This document shows, piece by piece, positions 12,201 through 32,439 of a stretch of 64,000 nt of DNA (its first letter is position 1; each line of letters starts with the position of its first letter). The stretch covers positions 39,949,063 to 40,013,062 of the forward strand of contig JARDVH010000084.1 of assembly GCA_030324005.1 (NCBI GenBank), read 5' to 3'. This DNA is from Negaprion brevirostris. Taxonomy: Eukaryota. Under the pieces are notes generated by a model. That model saw only the letters and a list, made by a program, of their open reading frames with translations, did not search any database and had not been told where the DNA came from. Both the position numbers and the translations under genes were made by a program.

Positions 12201-15200
12201 CTAGTTAAGTATATTTTTTCCTTGGACATATTATTCACAAAATATACACTCAGTAATATTAACATTATTATTGAATTACTAAACCAGTTGCTACAATGGA
12301 TTTATTTAATTGGACAAGAAGAATTTAGCTCGAGTATTACCAAATTGACAATATTTCCCAAGTTGCACCACTCAATTTATGTTTTGAAAAAATTAAGTTT
12401 AGTCTAACCCTGATTTTTGGCCAAGATTACACTACGTGGCCCACCAGAAGAAGATATTATATCCTTGCATTATTTGAGAAAGTATGAAAGGGAATTGTTT
12501 CCTAATGAAAGGGGCGTTATGTTTATTACATGCAAAAATACCACTGCCCAGTCAATAATTAAATAAAAGGTTAAATTGATTTGGATTGAGGGAGGAAAGA
12601 ACTTGTTAAGCATCCAAAACTTCTCATCGTCTTCTGTAAAAGAGCTAACTGCTAAATTTGATGAAGTCCTAGATGGCTGAAAAAGTGGCCTAGTTGAAAA
12701 AGTTGAAGGTGAGGATCCAATCCAGACTAAACACCAATAAGTTAGAGGTATTAAAATAAATAAGTCTCTTAGTAAACACATAAATCTTCATTTGTTTTTC
12801 TATAGACATCAAATAGCAATAACTTTCATTGGAATCAAGACTAATTGTGCAAGACTTTGGCCCCAATTTTACCAACACGGGCTGCCCTGAAATCAGGGCG
12901 GACGAGGCTCACAGATTGGCATTCCTCGTTGGCCTTGAGCACCTCCTTTCGAGCCCTGGGCGGCAATGCCAGTAAAATCAAAGCCTTTGTCTCCCTTCTG
13001 AGAAATCTTTTGAAGTTATGTTATCTAAATTTAATTTTTTGAAGTAATCATTCAAAATACAAGAACTATCACGGTTGTGAACTGTGACAGCAGCCATATT
13101 GAACGCAGCCTGGAACAATCTGTTCATCCATTTAATAGTACTAAGTTACAATTACCCTAAATCACTCAAAAACAATCACTCCATGGCCCAACTTGTGATA
13201 GTACAATGAAGTATTTAGGAAGAATATGCAAAATATCAACAAAGTAAAACTTTGTTACATTAACTGTAAAATCAAAGCACTAGTTTTCTGAATTAAAAGA
13301 ACCAATATTAAATTGTCAGTACTGTCATCAGCAACGCCAATCTGTTTACACATTAACCAGAAAGTTCAGAGACATCCGTTTCCAAGGATGCATTTTGTGG
13401 CACTAACTACAGCTCGTTGAAACTTACATCCTTTACAACAGAGCTTATGAGAAAGTACTAAGATTCAAAAAGATGTTGGGGTAAAGAGCTAATCTGGATA
13501 CAGAAGTGAAATTAAAACCAGTTTCACAAATTGGGGTCTTTTTTTTTCTCTTTAAAACATCGTGCTTGAAGGCTGTTTAAGATGTTAATAACTCTTCCTC
13601 TAATAACACTGAGTGACTGCCACAGTTCAAAGTTTTTCTTTTCAGTTCTTTGTGCACTGCTGCTATTTGGCTTGGTCATTAACATATTTGGCAAAAATGT
13701 TAAATTAACAAACCAATGCCAAATTCTAGCATGGTCTGGATGCAGCGTCCTGACAAATATTCTACAACTTAATGTTTTTGTCCATTTTATCTTCCAGTTA
13801 TTGCTCCATTGGAGTTTGCAATCTGCTTGAGCACAGAACTGATTTTTTTTCTATAGTAAGTTCCTGTATTGCTCTATCGGTCTCTATTGGAAATGTGTCA
13901 GGTGAATATGATGAACATCAGCAAGGACAGCAATGATATTTACAATATACGTACTTCACCTGTCTGATTTACATCTGCATCTTTAGTCAAAGAAAGGAAT
14001 TTAAAATATTTTCTATTCCATGTGGCAGACAATCAAGTGTTAGCTCTGAGATCAAACACACGCGGTTTTAATTCAACACTGTATTTGGAACCAAAAAATA
14101 TATTAAAAAAATACTTCAGATCTTTACTGCCATTTGTGAAAATGTCAAAGTTATTTTAATGGATAACTCTAAAGCTAACCACTATGAAACACCAAAAGCC
14201 ACGGGAGCAGGCCTGCATACTTCAAAAGCCTAGATTTAACCACAGAAGACAATGGCTAACAAAAAGTATTACTTTCATCCTACCCACATCTTTCTGACTA
14301 CAAAGAGCACTCCCAATGACTATACTCTATTGGCTTTTGCAATGCAGGAATAATCAGCTACAGTAACATTTAGCAGCTGAACACTGGAAGCACTCCTGGT
14401 GTTGAGGGACATAGAAAAAAAACAGGCACAATCACGCAGCTGTTCAATAAAGCTCTTGCGGTTTCACTGGACTAATTCTTTTTATCATTTGCATAAAGTT
14501 GGTCATAAATCTGTGTTCCTCATATTGGGAATTGAGCATGTTCAGGAGAGCTGGTGCTCTGCTAAGTCGAAACCTTCAAACTTCATTTTTTTGCTGAAGA
14601 ACGCTGTCTGTGGTTCAGAACTATACTTGCTCGTGAAACATTTTACTCCGACGCAATAGTTTTGTGTTTTTGTTTTAGAAGAGAAAATTAAATGATGAGT
14701 TTAAAAAGTAGCGCCCATTGTTTAATCCACAATTATTGAGTGTTAATTCCCTTGATGTCGTCCGTACGAGTAGCCCAAGGACGCAAGCAAGAGTAATGCT
14801 TGTGATTTTTCTGTTCCACAATGCAAGAAGGATTCTTTTCTACAGCATTCCCCCTGGGACCGGGTTGAATTATTTTGAAGCGATGACCCTTGTCAGACAT
14901 CAGCAAAGGAGTGATTTCCATTCCCAATCGCTTGGGGGTGGGATTCGAACACCACTGTCCGTGCCAACAGCTTGGCCTTAGTACACCAACATACTCCTGG
15001 AACAGCACTACAGATTCAATGGACATTGCCAAGTTTAACTGTATCTTTCGCCACAGTCCCACCTCCCACCCATAACCAACAGCTACCCTACCTCCACTTC
15101 CCACTGGCCTAGTCTGAAAACTTGCTTTTTTTTAAACTTAAAGATTTCCTATTGCTTAATCTTTACCAGGAGTAATCCAGTGGTTTCAAAGCACTCAGTG

Positions 15201-18200
15201 TGGCTTGTTTTTGTGAACTAATGGAGTGAATCGTTAATTAAGTTATTTTAACAACATCTGATATGGCCTCAATGTTTGAAAGCATTAATGAAAATGCCAC
15301 GATTTCTGCATTTGTCACAACCTTGGAAAATAGTGCAATTTCTGATCTTAAGCAAATGGTGAATGATGGACCAAGGACATGATTATGATATTAAGAGAAG
15401 AAAAACATATTAAACTTTCTGTAATCCTCGTTGGGAGTATATTAATTGCTAATTCTTGGTTAGACCACAAGATGGAGCAACTAACAGATATGGCTCCCCC
15501 ATGTAATAAAGGGTGGATGGGGTGTGGGGAGCTGGTGATGTAGGGCGGGGAAAAGCAGTAGTCATTTCCCATCAGCTGATTGTACATTTTCATTTTCAAC
15601 GACCATAGGGGATTCCAGTCCCCTATATGCTGAAGAAAGCATGATAGAAGAGGATTACAGCAATCAGGAATGATGGAAAAATCAAAAGACAAGTGAAGAC
15701 AGCACGAAAGAGAATGGTAATTGGAGCAGTGATAATATGTCCCAGTTTAATAAATACTCAATTTGGTGCATGTAAGAACACTAATGATATAAGGAAACTC
15801 AAAAGTTGATATATCAATCCTTGATCTACTGTGACAAAGTGAGTTAGTAAAAATGAGGTCCATTTGGACGGCTGATGCAGAAATTATCCTGACCTTCCAT
15901 GCTATCTGCTATTTAATTGCAGGGTACACGTTACACTGACTGATTCTGAATGCCAATTATTGCTGTATTTTTTTCCTCCTCTGGCGTGTCAACATTTAGC
16001 AAATCCAAAAGCTTCAAGCCATATTGTTGTCACCAGCATTTACAGCATGACTACCTAGAACTTCTGTTTGTCAGGAAAGGATCGAGAGAGTTTTAAAAAA
16101 GATGGCAGTGCATTTGGTCACACAAAAGCATAAAGTCAGGATTGCCAATGCAAGAACACATCACTGCAACCAACTCATTTAAAGAGAACAAAAATGCGTT
16201 CCCATTACAAAAATCTTTGTTTTAAATACTGCCTTCATAACAAAAAAAAGTAACCTTTCAGCATTTAGCATTATATTTATGACCTTTAACCAGCAAAGGG
16301 TTGCCTACTTTTTTTGTTAAACTATTTGAATGGGCGTCATGAAGATTGTCAGATGTTAATAGTAGGCCCGTTAACAGTATTGAAATTTATTAATATCCAT
16401 TTGTACCAACATGTAGCTGTGCAAAATTTGATTAAAAAATCCACATTTCTTCACAGCACAAAATGAGATATTTAATAAGCTGACGTCAATGAAAAGAAAT
16501 TATGAGAACATTTGTAATCATAATTTTTTCCCTATTTATTATTGCTGTACCTTTCTTTAAAACAAGTAAAACTATGATTCCTGGAGAGATCATTAAGAGA
16601 ACTGGTGACGAGGAGTTACTGATTGAGAAAATTGACGTTATCTAATCCTATAGCCATTCACTCAGTGTACTGCACTCATTGTTTCAGCTTAGTTGTGTAG
16701 ATTAATACAATTCCAACCTTCGCACATTGCAACAACTTACTTGAGAAGCTCATCAAGCAACTACTGCTTACCTAAAATAACAGAACTATGTAAAAGAAAA
16801 TAAATAATCAAAAAAGGATGTTAGACATTTAATTATTTTCAACAATACAACCTTTCAGAAGGGCGGTAAGGGGGAGACAATTCTTTGAAAATATCCCATC
16901 TCCAAGGGAACCCTACACTAAGATTTTGATCTTTTTAAATTAAGAAAGTCAAAGCTTTCTTTTAAAAGGTGCTCAAGGTCCATGAGAGACCAAAGAGCGG
17001 AGATTTTAACTCTATAAAAAGAAACAGTATCCATTTTGCAGTCTTACAAGGAATACATTTAATACCAGTCAGCCATCATGTAGACACACTTTAGAGTTCT
17101 CGAGACTTCTAATAAAAGTCAATCAAAGCAGATAATGGCAAAACTGTATTTTACTGCCCCATAACAATATACTTGAAAAAACATTAAAAGATGATTTTGT
17201 TAAGGAATTGTTGTTTAGTTTTTTTTGAAAGAGCTTGTTTAGTTTGATCTTTATTAGTTTTGAATAACAATTGCCAACAGCAAAGCAAAAGAGATACGGT
17301 CGAAAAGAAAGTCTACAAAGCAATTTCTCACTTTGTTCTCCTTATTTCACTCTTTTGTTCATTCCAGTAGGTTTTTTTAATCCAGCAAGAGAATTTCCAA
17401 ATTAGCTGCCATGCGTGGGTGTACAGGCTAACCAGACATAATCTTCAGAAAGTGGGTCAGCCTGAAGCAGCAGAAGGCGTGTCAGGTGAATAAAGTTTCA
17501 ACATGTTGGACATAGGACAGTTTGGCACAGGCTACCTTTCAGGACAGAGTTCAAAGCCAAGGAATTTAGTTATACTGAAAGAAGCATCTGCACCATTTGT
17601 TCAATTACCACCTATGCGCCCACAACCATCACACTGCCGGGGGGGGGGGGGGGGGGGGGGNNNNNNNNNNTGACACAAATCCATGCATGCAAACTCTGAC
17701 AATAAAAGAAGAAACAAAAATAAATTAAACTGGTCCATTAAGCAAGACAAATTGTATCTTATATTGTTGGACTAAACTGGTGGAACTTTATAAACAAATT
17801 AATTAAACATGTTCCATTTCATGTATATCATCCGCTCCCAAAGGACCAATACATCCATAGTAGATTTAGTCATACAGGTTGATACATTATATTACAAAAC
17901 TGCATTCACTTAAAGACCATTTTGTAAAACATTGTATATAAAGTGAAATTGAAATACAACAAAAAAAGTTTGCAATGCAACAACTGGTTTTAAAAAAACT
18001 ACTGCTAAAGTTTGAAGAGTTAATGAACGGTCTTCAGTTAAAAAAATTAAAACTGATAGCTTCCAAATACTGACAATGACACCCAGTCATTAGCTGGGCC
18101 TGTAACAAGCAGCTGAAGCAGACTACAGCCGATGTCAAAATATGCACCAATCCAAATCACTGGGGTCTCCCAGCAGTGAAGCCAAGGTTCTAACCAAGTG

Positions 18201-21200
18201 AAATGTTCAGCCCTGCTGTGTGCTGCACTGACCACAACAAAGATTGTGGTTTCTACCACACTCACCCTAAATAGCTGAAAATTATTGTTATTCATCATGG
18301 CATGGGAAGAAAGGGAAATCTAAAACTGCTGCCATACAAAAGTGGTGGAAATTGCCCTTGTGATATTTAAAGCTTTGTTACCACTAGATAAAACCAGTGG
18401 CTGGTGATGGCTTACACACGAAAGATCTTTACAAGTCTAGCAATTTGCATTTGTGGATATTTTTTAAATCAAATGTTCTTCTTCATTGCAATTTCCTGGA
18501 ATTATATCAGGAGTTTGAGATTAACTGTAAATAATGATATTAAAGTTCTGTAGTTCAGAAATTTTAAAGTTTAAAAAGTTTATTCCAGCATATACAGTTT
18601 TTTTAAATGAATTACTGGATTACTTAAATATTAATTATATCTCATCTAAAAAGGGATAAATTGATGTGAAATTTGCACAGTATTTTCTTATAAATAACAC
18701 AATGGTATCACTGTCACTTTAAGTGAGATGATTTATAAATCACGCATAAGGGATCACAAAAAAAAAGCACTGGAAAAGACTTGATAGTATATCTAACTTG
18801 TCCTATGCCTCACTCACTACCTCCCTCAAATTTTTAACCATTCCACATTCTCTGTGTCAATACGTTAAACCTAAACTGTTGGTACTCCTTTTAAACCTGA
18901 GCCTGCACATCACAAGGCCCCTGGATTTACAGTTTGTAGTAACATCTAACATATTCAGTATAGATTTATATGTATTTATACATAAGGATCGTGTGAATAG
19001 TTGAGCAGAGGTTTCTCTGTCTACTTAATTTTCACTGTCCCTAATAACTCAAGACAGCTTATTTTGGTAGCCCAGACAGCAGTATCTTCAGTCCTGAGGC
19101 CCTTCAATGTAATCAATGTTTATGGACTATCAGAATGCTACTTTAAATGTGATAAGATGGGGCAGATCTACCTAGAAATACTTCCATCTGAACATAATAA
19201 TCTAGCTTTTCGGATCTGCATATTTTAACACAGTGGTAATGCATAAAATAGCACTGATCAGAAATTCTATGTTAATGTCCTTTTTAAAAATAACTGATAC
19301 AATGAGCAACACATTCACGTTCTGCAAAAAGTTCAGCAACAGGATGGTTAATAGACTCAGTAAAAAAAAACGTTGTTACTTAATTAAAAGAATAGCTTGT
19401 TAATCTTTGTTCCAGTTTGCAGATCTTACTAGTGGTCTTCTTGGGAAAGAACTTGATGAGGTCTATGGGCTATATCAGAGCAACATTTTGTCAAATTCGT
19501 ACCAAACACTCCACTAAACTGAATTATAGCGAAAGTAATTGTCCACATTTATTGATCAAATCTTTTTTTAAAATGTTCCACAAGCATTGGAGTTCAAACT
19601 ACACCTTTCTTTTGGATTACTTTATTCCACTTGTTGGGGGAAAAAAAAGGGGAAAAGTGGGGAGGTAAGGAGTTTCTAAAGGAATTTCTAAATGAAAACC
19701 AGCCAATGTTTGCATCTAAATTCTCATTCCACTTAAACTTGACTGTGAAGGATTCCCTTAACTCNNNNNNNNNNNNNNNNNNNNNNNNNNNNNNNNNNNN
19801 NNNNNNNNNNNNNNNNNNNNNNNNNNNNNNNNNNNNNNNNNNNNNNNNNNNNNNNNNNNNNNNNNNNNNNNNNNNNNNNNNNNNNNNNNNNNNNNNNNNN
19901 NNNNNNNNNNNNNNNNNNNNNNNNNNNNNNNNNNNNNNNNNNNNNNNNNNNNNNNNNNNNNNNNNNNNNNNNNNNNNNNTGACTTGGGTCAGTTGCTAAT
20001 CATACACGCTATAAATTAGATCGTGCCTCACACTTCTTCAAAAGAATGTTTGCCTTCCTCCAATGCAGTATCATTCTAGGTTGTCACTTGATGGCTGTGT
20101 GGGGCATTGGACTGACAAAGCGAATCAATGGGTACAAAGAGCTTGTCTATTAACTAGCAAACTAAATGAAAAGATAGCTGGATCATTTAGGACTGTTCAA
20201 TCTACTTCATTAATGCATTTTAATTCTCTAGTTTTGCCAAAAGGGCATTTCAAAAACTACTCAGTCATGTTAAGAACATAGTGAGCACTATCTTACATTT
20301 TGTCATTTCAAACTTTTAAAATCAGAATTATTTTCATCTTGGTAAAATGGATTTGATGGTTATGTTTTCAGCTATCAATGGCCCTGCATGATCACAATGC
20401 CCTGTTTTATCTAAACACTAATTGCTAACATTGCTGATAATTTTCAACTATTACCCCTCATAACCTTACCAAGTACCACAATTTTGAGATAATCTGAATT
20501 ACATAAAAAATGTAAAACGTTTATTCCCTAGCTCTTGTGCTGTGATCATTATTTCATTTCCACACTTCTTCCACAAAGGGGGTTCTGTAGAAAATGTTCT
20601 GAAAGTTGGCCTGTTGGTCAATAACTAATCATCTAACATGCTAAACAAATAGAAACTCAGGACAGGTGGCTCAACATTCATCATTGGTGCTTACCACGTT
20701 ACGGATCTTTGGAACAATCCTAACTTAAATCGACTAAAAACAAACAAGCCCTGCATTCAGATTCTAACAAATTGTGAAGTAAAAATTGTAACAGTGCAAG
20801 TCAATGGCCAAACAATAAAATCAAAATGCATTATTGATCAGGGTTTCACATATTTGTTAAAAAATACTCCCAATGCAGAAATGCCATGTGTGTTTCCAAC
20901 AACCACTCAGTTTGAACAACTACAATATGTCTATTAATAATATTCAGAGTAAAATATTTCCACACTTGACACTGTTGCTTATTGTCAGTAATTAGCTGCC
21001 TTGGTTTTTTGCAGCTTTGTGTTATTTTCAAAAAGGCTGAAGCATTGCTGAACGGTTATTTAAATTTATTTAGACAAAAGATTTAGAGAGATTATTTAAC
21101 CACTGTTGAGCACTTGTTGAGAAGTTCAATTATTTACACCAAGTATCATAACTGAAAGCATCCCTTTTCAATTTTAGAAGAAAACTGTTTGATTTAGTGA

Positions 21201-22878
21201 AAGAAACCTAGCAACATTATATTCGGTGCTCCCTAAAACATGGCGCTTCAGATCAGACTACAGGAAAGAGTCGAGCGTCAGCGAAAAAAAAAGTGGCCAC
21301 GTATTCCCATGTTGGCTTTGGCATGTTGGACAAAGCACTTTTTAGAGTTCATGCTTTCTGCCAACACTGGCAGCTGCTCAGTCCATTGAAAACTCCTGAA
21401 CCTTCCAAGCAGGCCAAAAATGGATCCAGTAGATTTTCTGCACAAAACTTTCAGTAAGCATCCAATTTAAAAATACGTATTTTTTAAAGCACTGCGTACA
21501 TTTCGTTCCACTTATTTCAATGAACATGCGAGTACACTATATTTACGGGATTATACATTTTTGTGCTTTGTGTTTAACCCTGGTCCGTCCGTCCCTCTTC
21601 GCTTCATAGTTTCAATAAAAAGTAGCATGCAATATGGGGAGCGTAATAGAATTTACTTTCCAACATATTTTGACTGCTTTGGCATGTCAACCTTTAGTGG
21701 TTATCGCTTGTGTTATTTCCAGAGCCAATGGTCACAAAGCTGACTCAAGTTTCTAATCTGCTAAAGCACTGAAGGCTTAGGATAAACAAAACTACCAAAG
21801 ATGGCAGTAACAATCACAAAAAAAAATTCCAAAACACAAATTGTTTCAGAAAAAAATACAAGTAGTTAACTGTAAAGGATTTTTTTTTAAAAAGTGACAA
21901 GAACAAAACTCGCTTGGTACTTTTTCCAAAAGTTTGATATTGTGAAGATCAGCGATTTGCAGTGATAGGTTTGCAACAGGAGTAAAGTGCAAGGCTTTGG
22001 CATTGTATAACACCAGTTCATGTTAAAAGTGACAAAGAAAAGCACTTAAGCTCTAAATGAATCAGGCGGCTGAATCATTTCCTGCATTTATTTTATTCAT
22101 GACCTGTATTCTCACGATGTACCTGTAAATATAAGAATTTCTAAAAAGGATCTTTATCAATGAAGCTGACATAGAAAGATAACATGCTGGATTACTTTGC
22201 CACTGTAACAGTGTGTGGATTCCAGAGTTTGACACTTTACTTGGGCAGCAGACAATTTGCAGCACAAGTCTCCCTTAAATTCTTAGTTGCAGATTGCCAC
22301 AGTTACACTCAAGCTGGCACAAATCTTGCGCCAACACCTTGGGGCACCAGTTGACCCCAATTTTCAAACCAATGGTCGGTCTTTTTCAGTTGTATGTACT
22401 TTGCTTTGTATATTACACAGCCCCACCTAAATTGATTGCAGTGATATTTTTAAACCATAAACAAAATATACTTCCTGTAGGAATTTTCATCTTCCATTGT
22501 AGGCTGTGAAGGATGGGAGAGGGAAAGAAAGAGAGAATACTGATTTGATCCTAAAGAAAAATTCTATCATGAAGGGCATGAGAAACACAGCTGGAAAGTT
22601 AACCACAGTTTTCAGATCAAGCCTGTTATGACCATTTGTCCTTCTTTTACAAGAAAAAGCAAATTCTTGTTTAAAATGGCAGATTGTTTTACCAACTTTA
22701 GGCTGCTCTTTGCAACGGGAAAGTTGCTAGATTAGCTATAGGAGCATGCAGTAGAAATTTACCTTTACAGAAAAGTATACACACAAGACAACCATCGCAC
22801 AAGGTTAAATTTAAGCTGAGGACACATGCAACATAACTGTTTCACAAGAACTAAGATCAAGTTTATTTTTCAAAACTA

Positions 22879-29204
<6,326 letters not shown>

Positions 29205-29231
29205 CTGGGTGAGACAGAGCGGAGAGTACAT
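29205..29231 (-). CDS. NFIA: NFIA coding exon 1 (MYSPLCLTQ)
   Basis: ATG TAC TCT CCG CTC TGT CTC ACC CAG|GTAGGA; phase 0, joins in frame to DEFHPF. MYSPLCLTQ is the NFIA-type N-terminus (NFIB MMYSPICLTQ, NFIC MYSSPLCLTQ, NFIX MYSPYCLTQ). Confidence 0.95.
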
Positions 29232-32200
29232 TATTGTGGCGGTGCTGGTGGTGGTGAGAGGAAAAGCCGGCTTTCACATTTCAGTCTCGAACTGAAGCCA
29301 GCTCGCTTCTCCATCCTGAACTTTAACCCCGCCTATAGTTAGTATATAGTCTACATCCCAACTCTCCGTGGCTCACTCTGACAGTCCAGGCGCTGTTCCT
29401 CACACACACACACAACACACACACCTTCCCCACCCTCTTTTTTTAATTTTTTTTCCCCTCCTAAACCTCTCTCTGTCTCAAGCCCTGCTTTCTACCCGCT
29501 GCGATCTCTCTCTGGATAATGTGAGGGAGAATATGAGGGGAAAAGTCAACACTTTTGCCGGGCTGTCAGGGAAGCGAAGCCCGCGCTCACTCACTCTCAC
29601 TCTCTCTCCTTTCCCCCCGCGATGTTGGACTGCTCTCCCTCCCCTCACAGCCAGCCCTCCCCGCAGCTCTCACAGCCAAGCCGGCCCGAAGCTGGATCGA
29701 GCCGTCCTGTCCCTGCCCTCACACACACACTCTCTCTCTCTGCGTCAATACACCAATGCAGCAGCAGCAGCGAGAGGGGGAAAAAAAAAGTCTGGCTGGA
29801 AGCGGCGCCTCAAAATGTGGATGCCCACACTCAAAAAAAACTTGGACTTGAACGTGAGAAAGAGCCCAGTGTCTCTCATCGCCCTTTCACCAAAAGAAAT
29901 CAGTCACCACCAATGTTGCTTCCCAACCCCCTCCCCACAAAAAAAGTTGAAGTCAGCCCGCAAGTTTGTGGTATGAATTATGAAGTGTCTTCCTGCCTTC
30001 GAGCAAAATATGTTTCCCCTGCACCAAAAGTTAGTTGGGAATGTGGGATTTTTTTTCTTATTGGGTCCGTATTTTTATAAGATTGTGAGGCTTTGGCGCC
30101 TTTTTTTAACAACATTAAATTGCAATACATAACTAAGGATCATGTGGCTGTGTATTTGGGCTTTTTCTACCCCCCCCCCCTCTCATCGCGTCACCTAGAC
30201 CGAATGTCACGTCCACGACTCCTCCGCCCGCCCGCCTGCTGCTCATTGTTTGACATTCTCTCTGCCTGCGCTAGTGACCCAGATGTAACACACTGAATGG
30301 TGAAGGATCGGCCGGCCAACGCGCATGTACCTTTCCTGCAACGCACCCTGGGCCTTGTAGTCTTAGGCCCCCTCCTGTCCACTGCGCAACTTCACCTAAC
30401 AGCAGTAAATGAGCTAGTGGCTGGCTTGATCGCACACAATTTGGNNNNNNNNNNNNNNNNNNNNNNNNNNNNNNNNNNNNNNNNNNNNNNNNNNNNNNNN
30501 NNNNNNNNNNNNNNNNNNNNNNNNNNNNNNNNNNNNNNNNNNNNCGCACACAATTTGGAGCAAGGGGTGCACACTAGTGTCACACCTTGTGAGATTTTCT
30601 GTTCACGTGCATATTGAAATATCTCTAGAGAAATATGCATGTCTTGTGAGATGTCTCCCCCGCCCCCCCCCCCCATCCACTGGTCATAAATACTCAAAAA
30701 GTATTGGATTTGGGGGCCGTGGCATCTTGATGGAATGTCACGTCTAGAATGTGTGTTGGAATGAATGCAGCCCTCTCGAGCTGAAAAGTCACAAATCGAA
30801 AGCAGGATGGGAAGACAGGAGGAATGAAAACATATGGCACAAAGTTAGGAGCCCTTCGCAATACTGCACAAAATATTCCAACATGTTGCAACCATAACCA
30901 GACTTGTTATCTCTTAAGACTTTTCACTGCGTCAGCGACTTAGCAATAACTTGAAAACACAGAACGGGCCCTTCTCATCAGCACGTGTTTGTTCAACTGT
31001 CCCTAAATTTAAAAGTACATTCACATCTCCTCGTTGTCCGAGAGGTTAAGGCATCCGATTTCGTCTATCCCAGCTAGTTGTGGCATAGCACCATTATATT
31101 TTATTGTCCAATACTGCTCTCAGCAGGTAAGTTAATTTTATAGTGAGGTTCCAAGATTCTCCATTCAGAAGTCATTTTTGAATTTGACAGGCCAATACGG
31201 GTATTGTATCTTCAGAGAGTCTGGTTAGGGTGCCCACACCCAATTCTAAAAATCTATTCTAGTGATATTTATCAATATAATACTCAGCCTATATATTATG
31301 AACTGAAAAATACTATGTTCCCGGAATGTTAAGAAGATAACGTGAGAGAGAGACATGGTTTGAGATGGTGAGCAGAATGGAATGTGGCCGCTCTACAACA
31401 ACGGAGGAAGGGGCATATGCAAAGTGCTTCATTTCAGTGAAGGCATGCCCCTTCCCTTACACAGAGCATGTCATAATACATCTCATGTATGTACGTTTGT
31501 TTAGTCAATAATGTATACACAAGTCAATGTAAAATAGATGCATCATTCTTTCACACTATAGATTACAAAGTGCAACAAGGAGCAATCATTCTGAGGGTTA
31601 CATTTCCACTCCCTGAGTTCACATGCTACAGAAATCCCTGTGGCTATTGTCGCATAATTGATCGTCATAACTCATTCAGAACCTTTTAAATTGATTTATC
31701 TAAACCAAAAAAAAAATTGCAGCAGCAATCTTCGGCCACTTTCAAAGGTTTCCACTGCCCCTATTATGACAGAACCTTCTCTCCTGACAGGACCCTTCCT
31801 CCAATCGCAGAGAAAGATATCTACAGTCTTGTTGCGCTAGCCCTACAAATTACTAGTCTTTTAAAGTCTGGCATGTCAACACTTAATGTATGGGCAACAT
31901 TCACGCGAGATTATTACTAGGGATACTGCCAAATAGTTTAATTGCATGCATATTATGTATAATTGCAAACGTTACATATAATTAAATGAAAATGTCAGCT
32001 TTTGTCAAAGTTCCATTACACGTCAAGAAACGTTTAAATAAATACGCGATTCTTCGAAATCTATTCAGTATATCCCGGGATTTAGATAATATCCAGACTT
32101 AAAAGAAACAGTAGCATGGTTAGTGGTCTAACGAACACAGTGCAACTTATTTACTCCGTGGATAAACCTCACCTCATTTAGCACAATTACAATTATAAGA

Positions 32201-32439
32201 CAGAAAATACATAACTTTTGCAAAGATGAGCCCTATAAAGGCATTGGTGTGTTTTTGGTCACACAATATATATTTGGAAACATATTGTAATATATTTCAT
32301 AAAAGCAGAAAATGGTATGCAGGTAACATACAATCTGCTGCTATTAATCCTTGGTAATACTCACTGATCCAGCTATACTGTACATATCTGAACTACAGTT
32401 CCCAAGATACCCTTCCAAAGTCTCCCATTCCACCTACAT

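Noticed and set aside
17639-17670. Poly-G run
   Set aside because: Abuts an N gap, so its length is unreliable and it may be a sequencing artefact.
29368-30080. Long plus-strand ORFs (202 aa, 152 aa) over the promoter
   Set aside because: By-product of GC-rich, microsatellite-containing sequence; no recognisable domain, and mostly non-ATG starts.
30431-30558. 14-bp direct repeat cgcacacaatttgg flanking a 100-N gap
   Set aside because: Most likely overlapping contig ends (assembly artefact) rather than a target-site duplication; cannot be resolved here.
31028-31062. tRNA-Ser/Leu-like 5' half (gttgtccgagaggttaaggc)
   Set aside because: No B-box or cloverleaf follows; not a tRNA gene.
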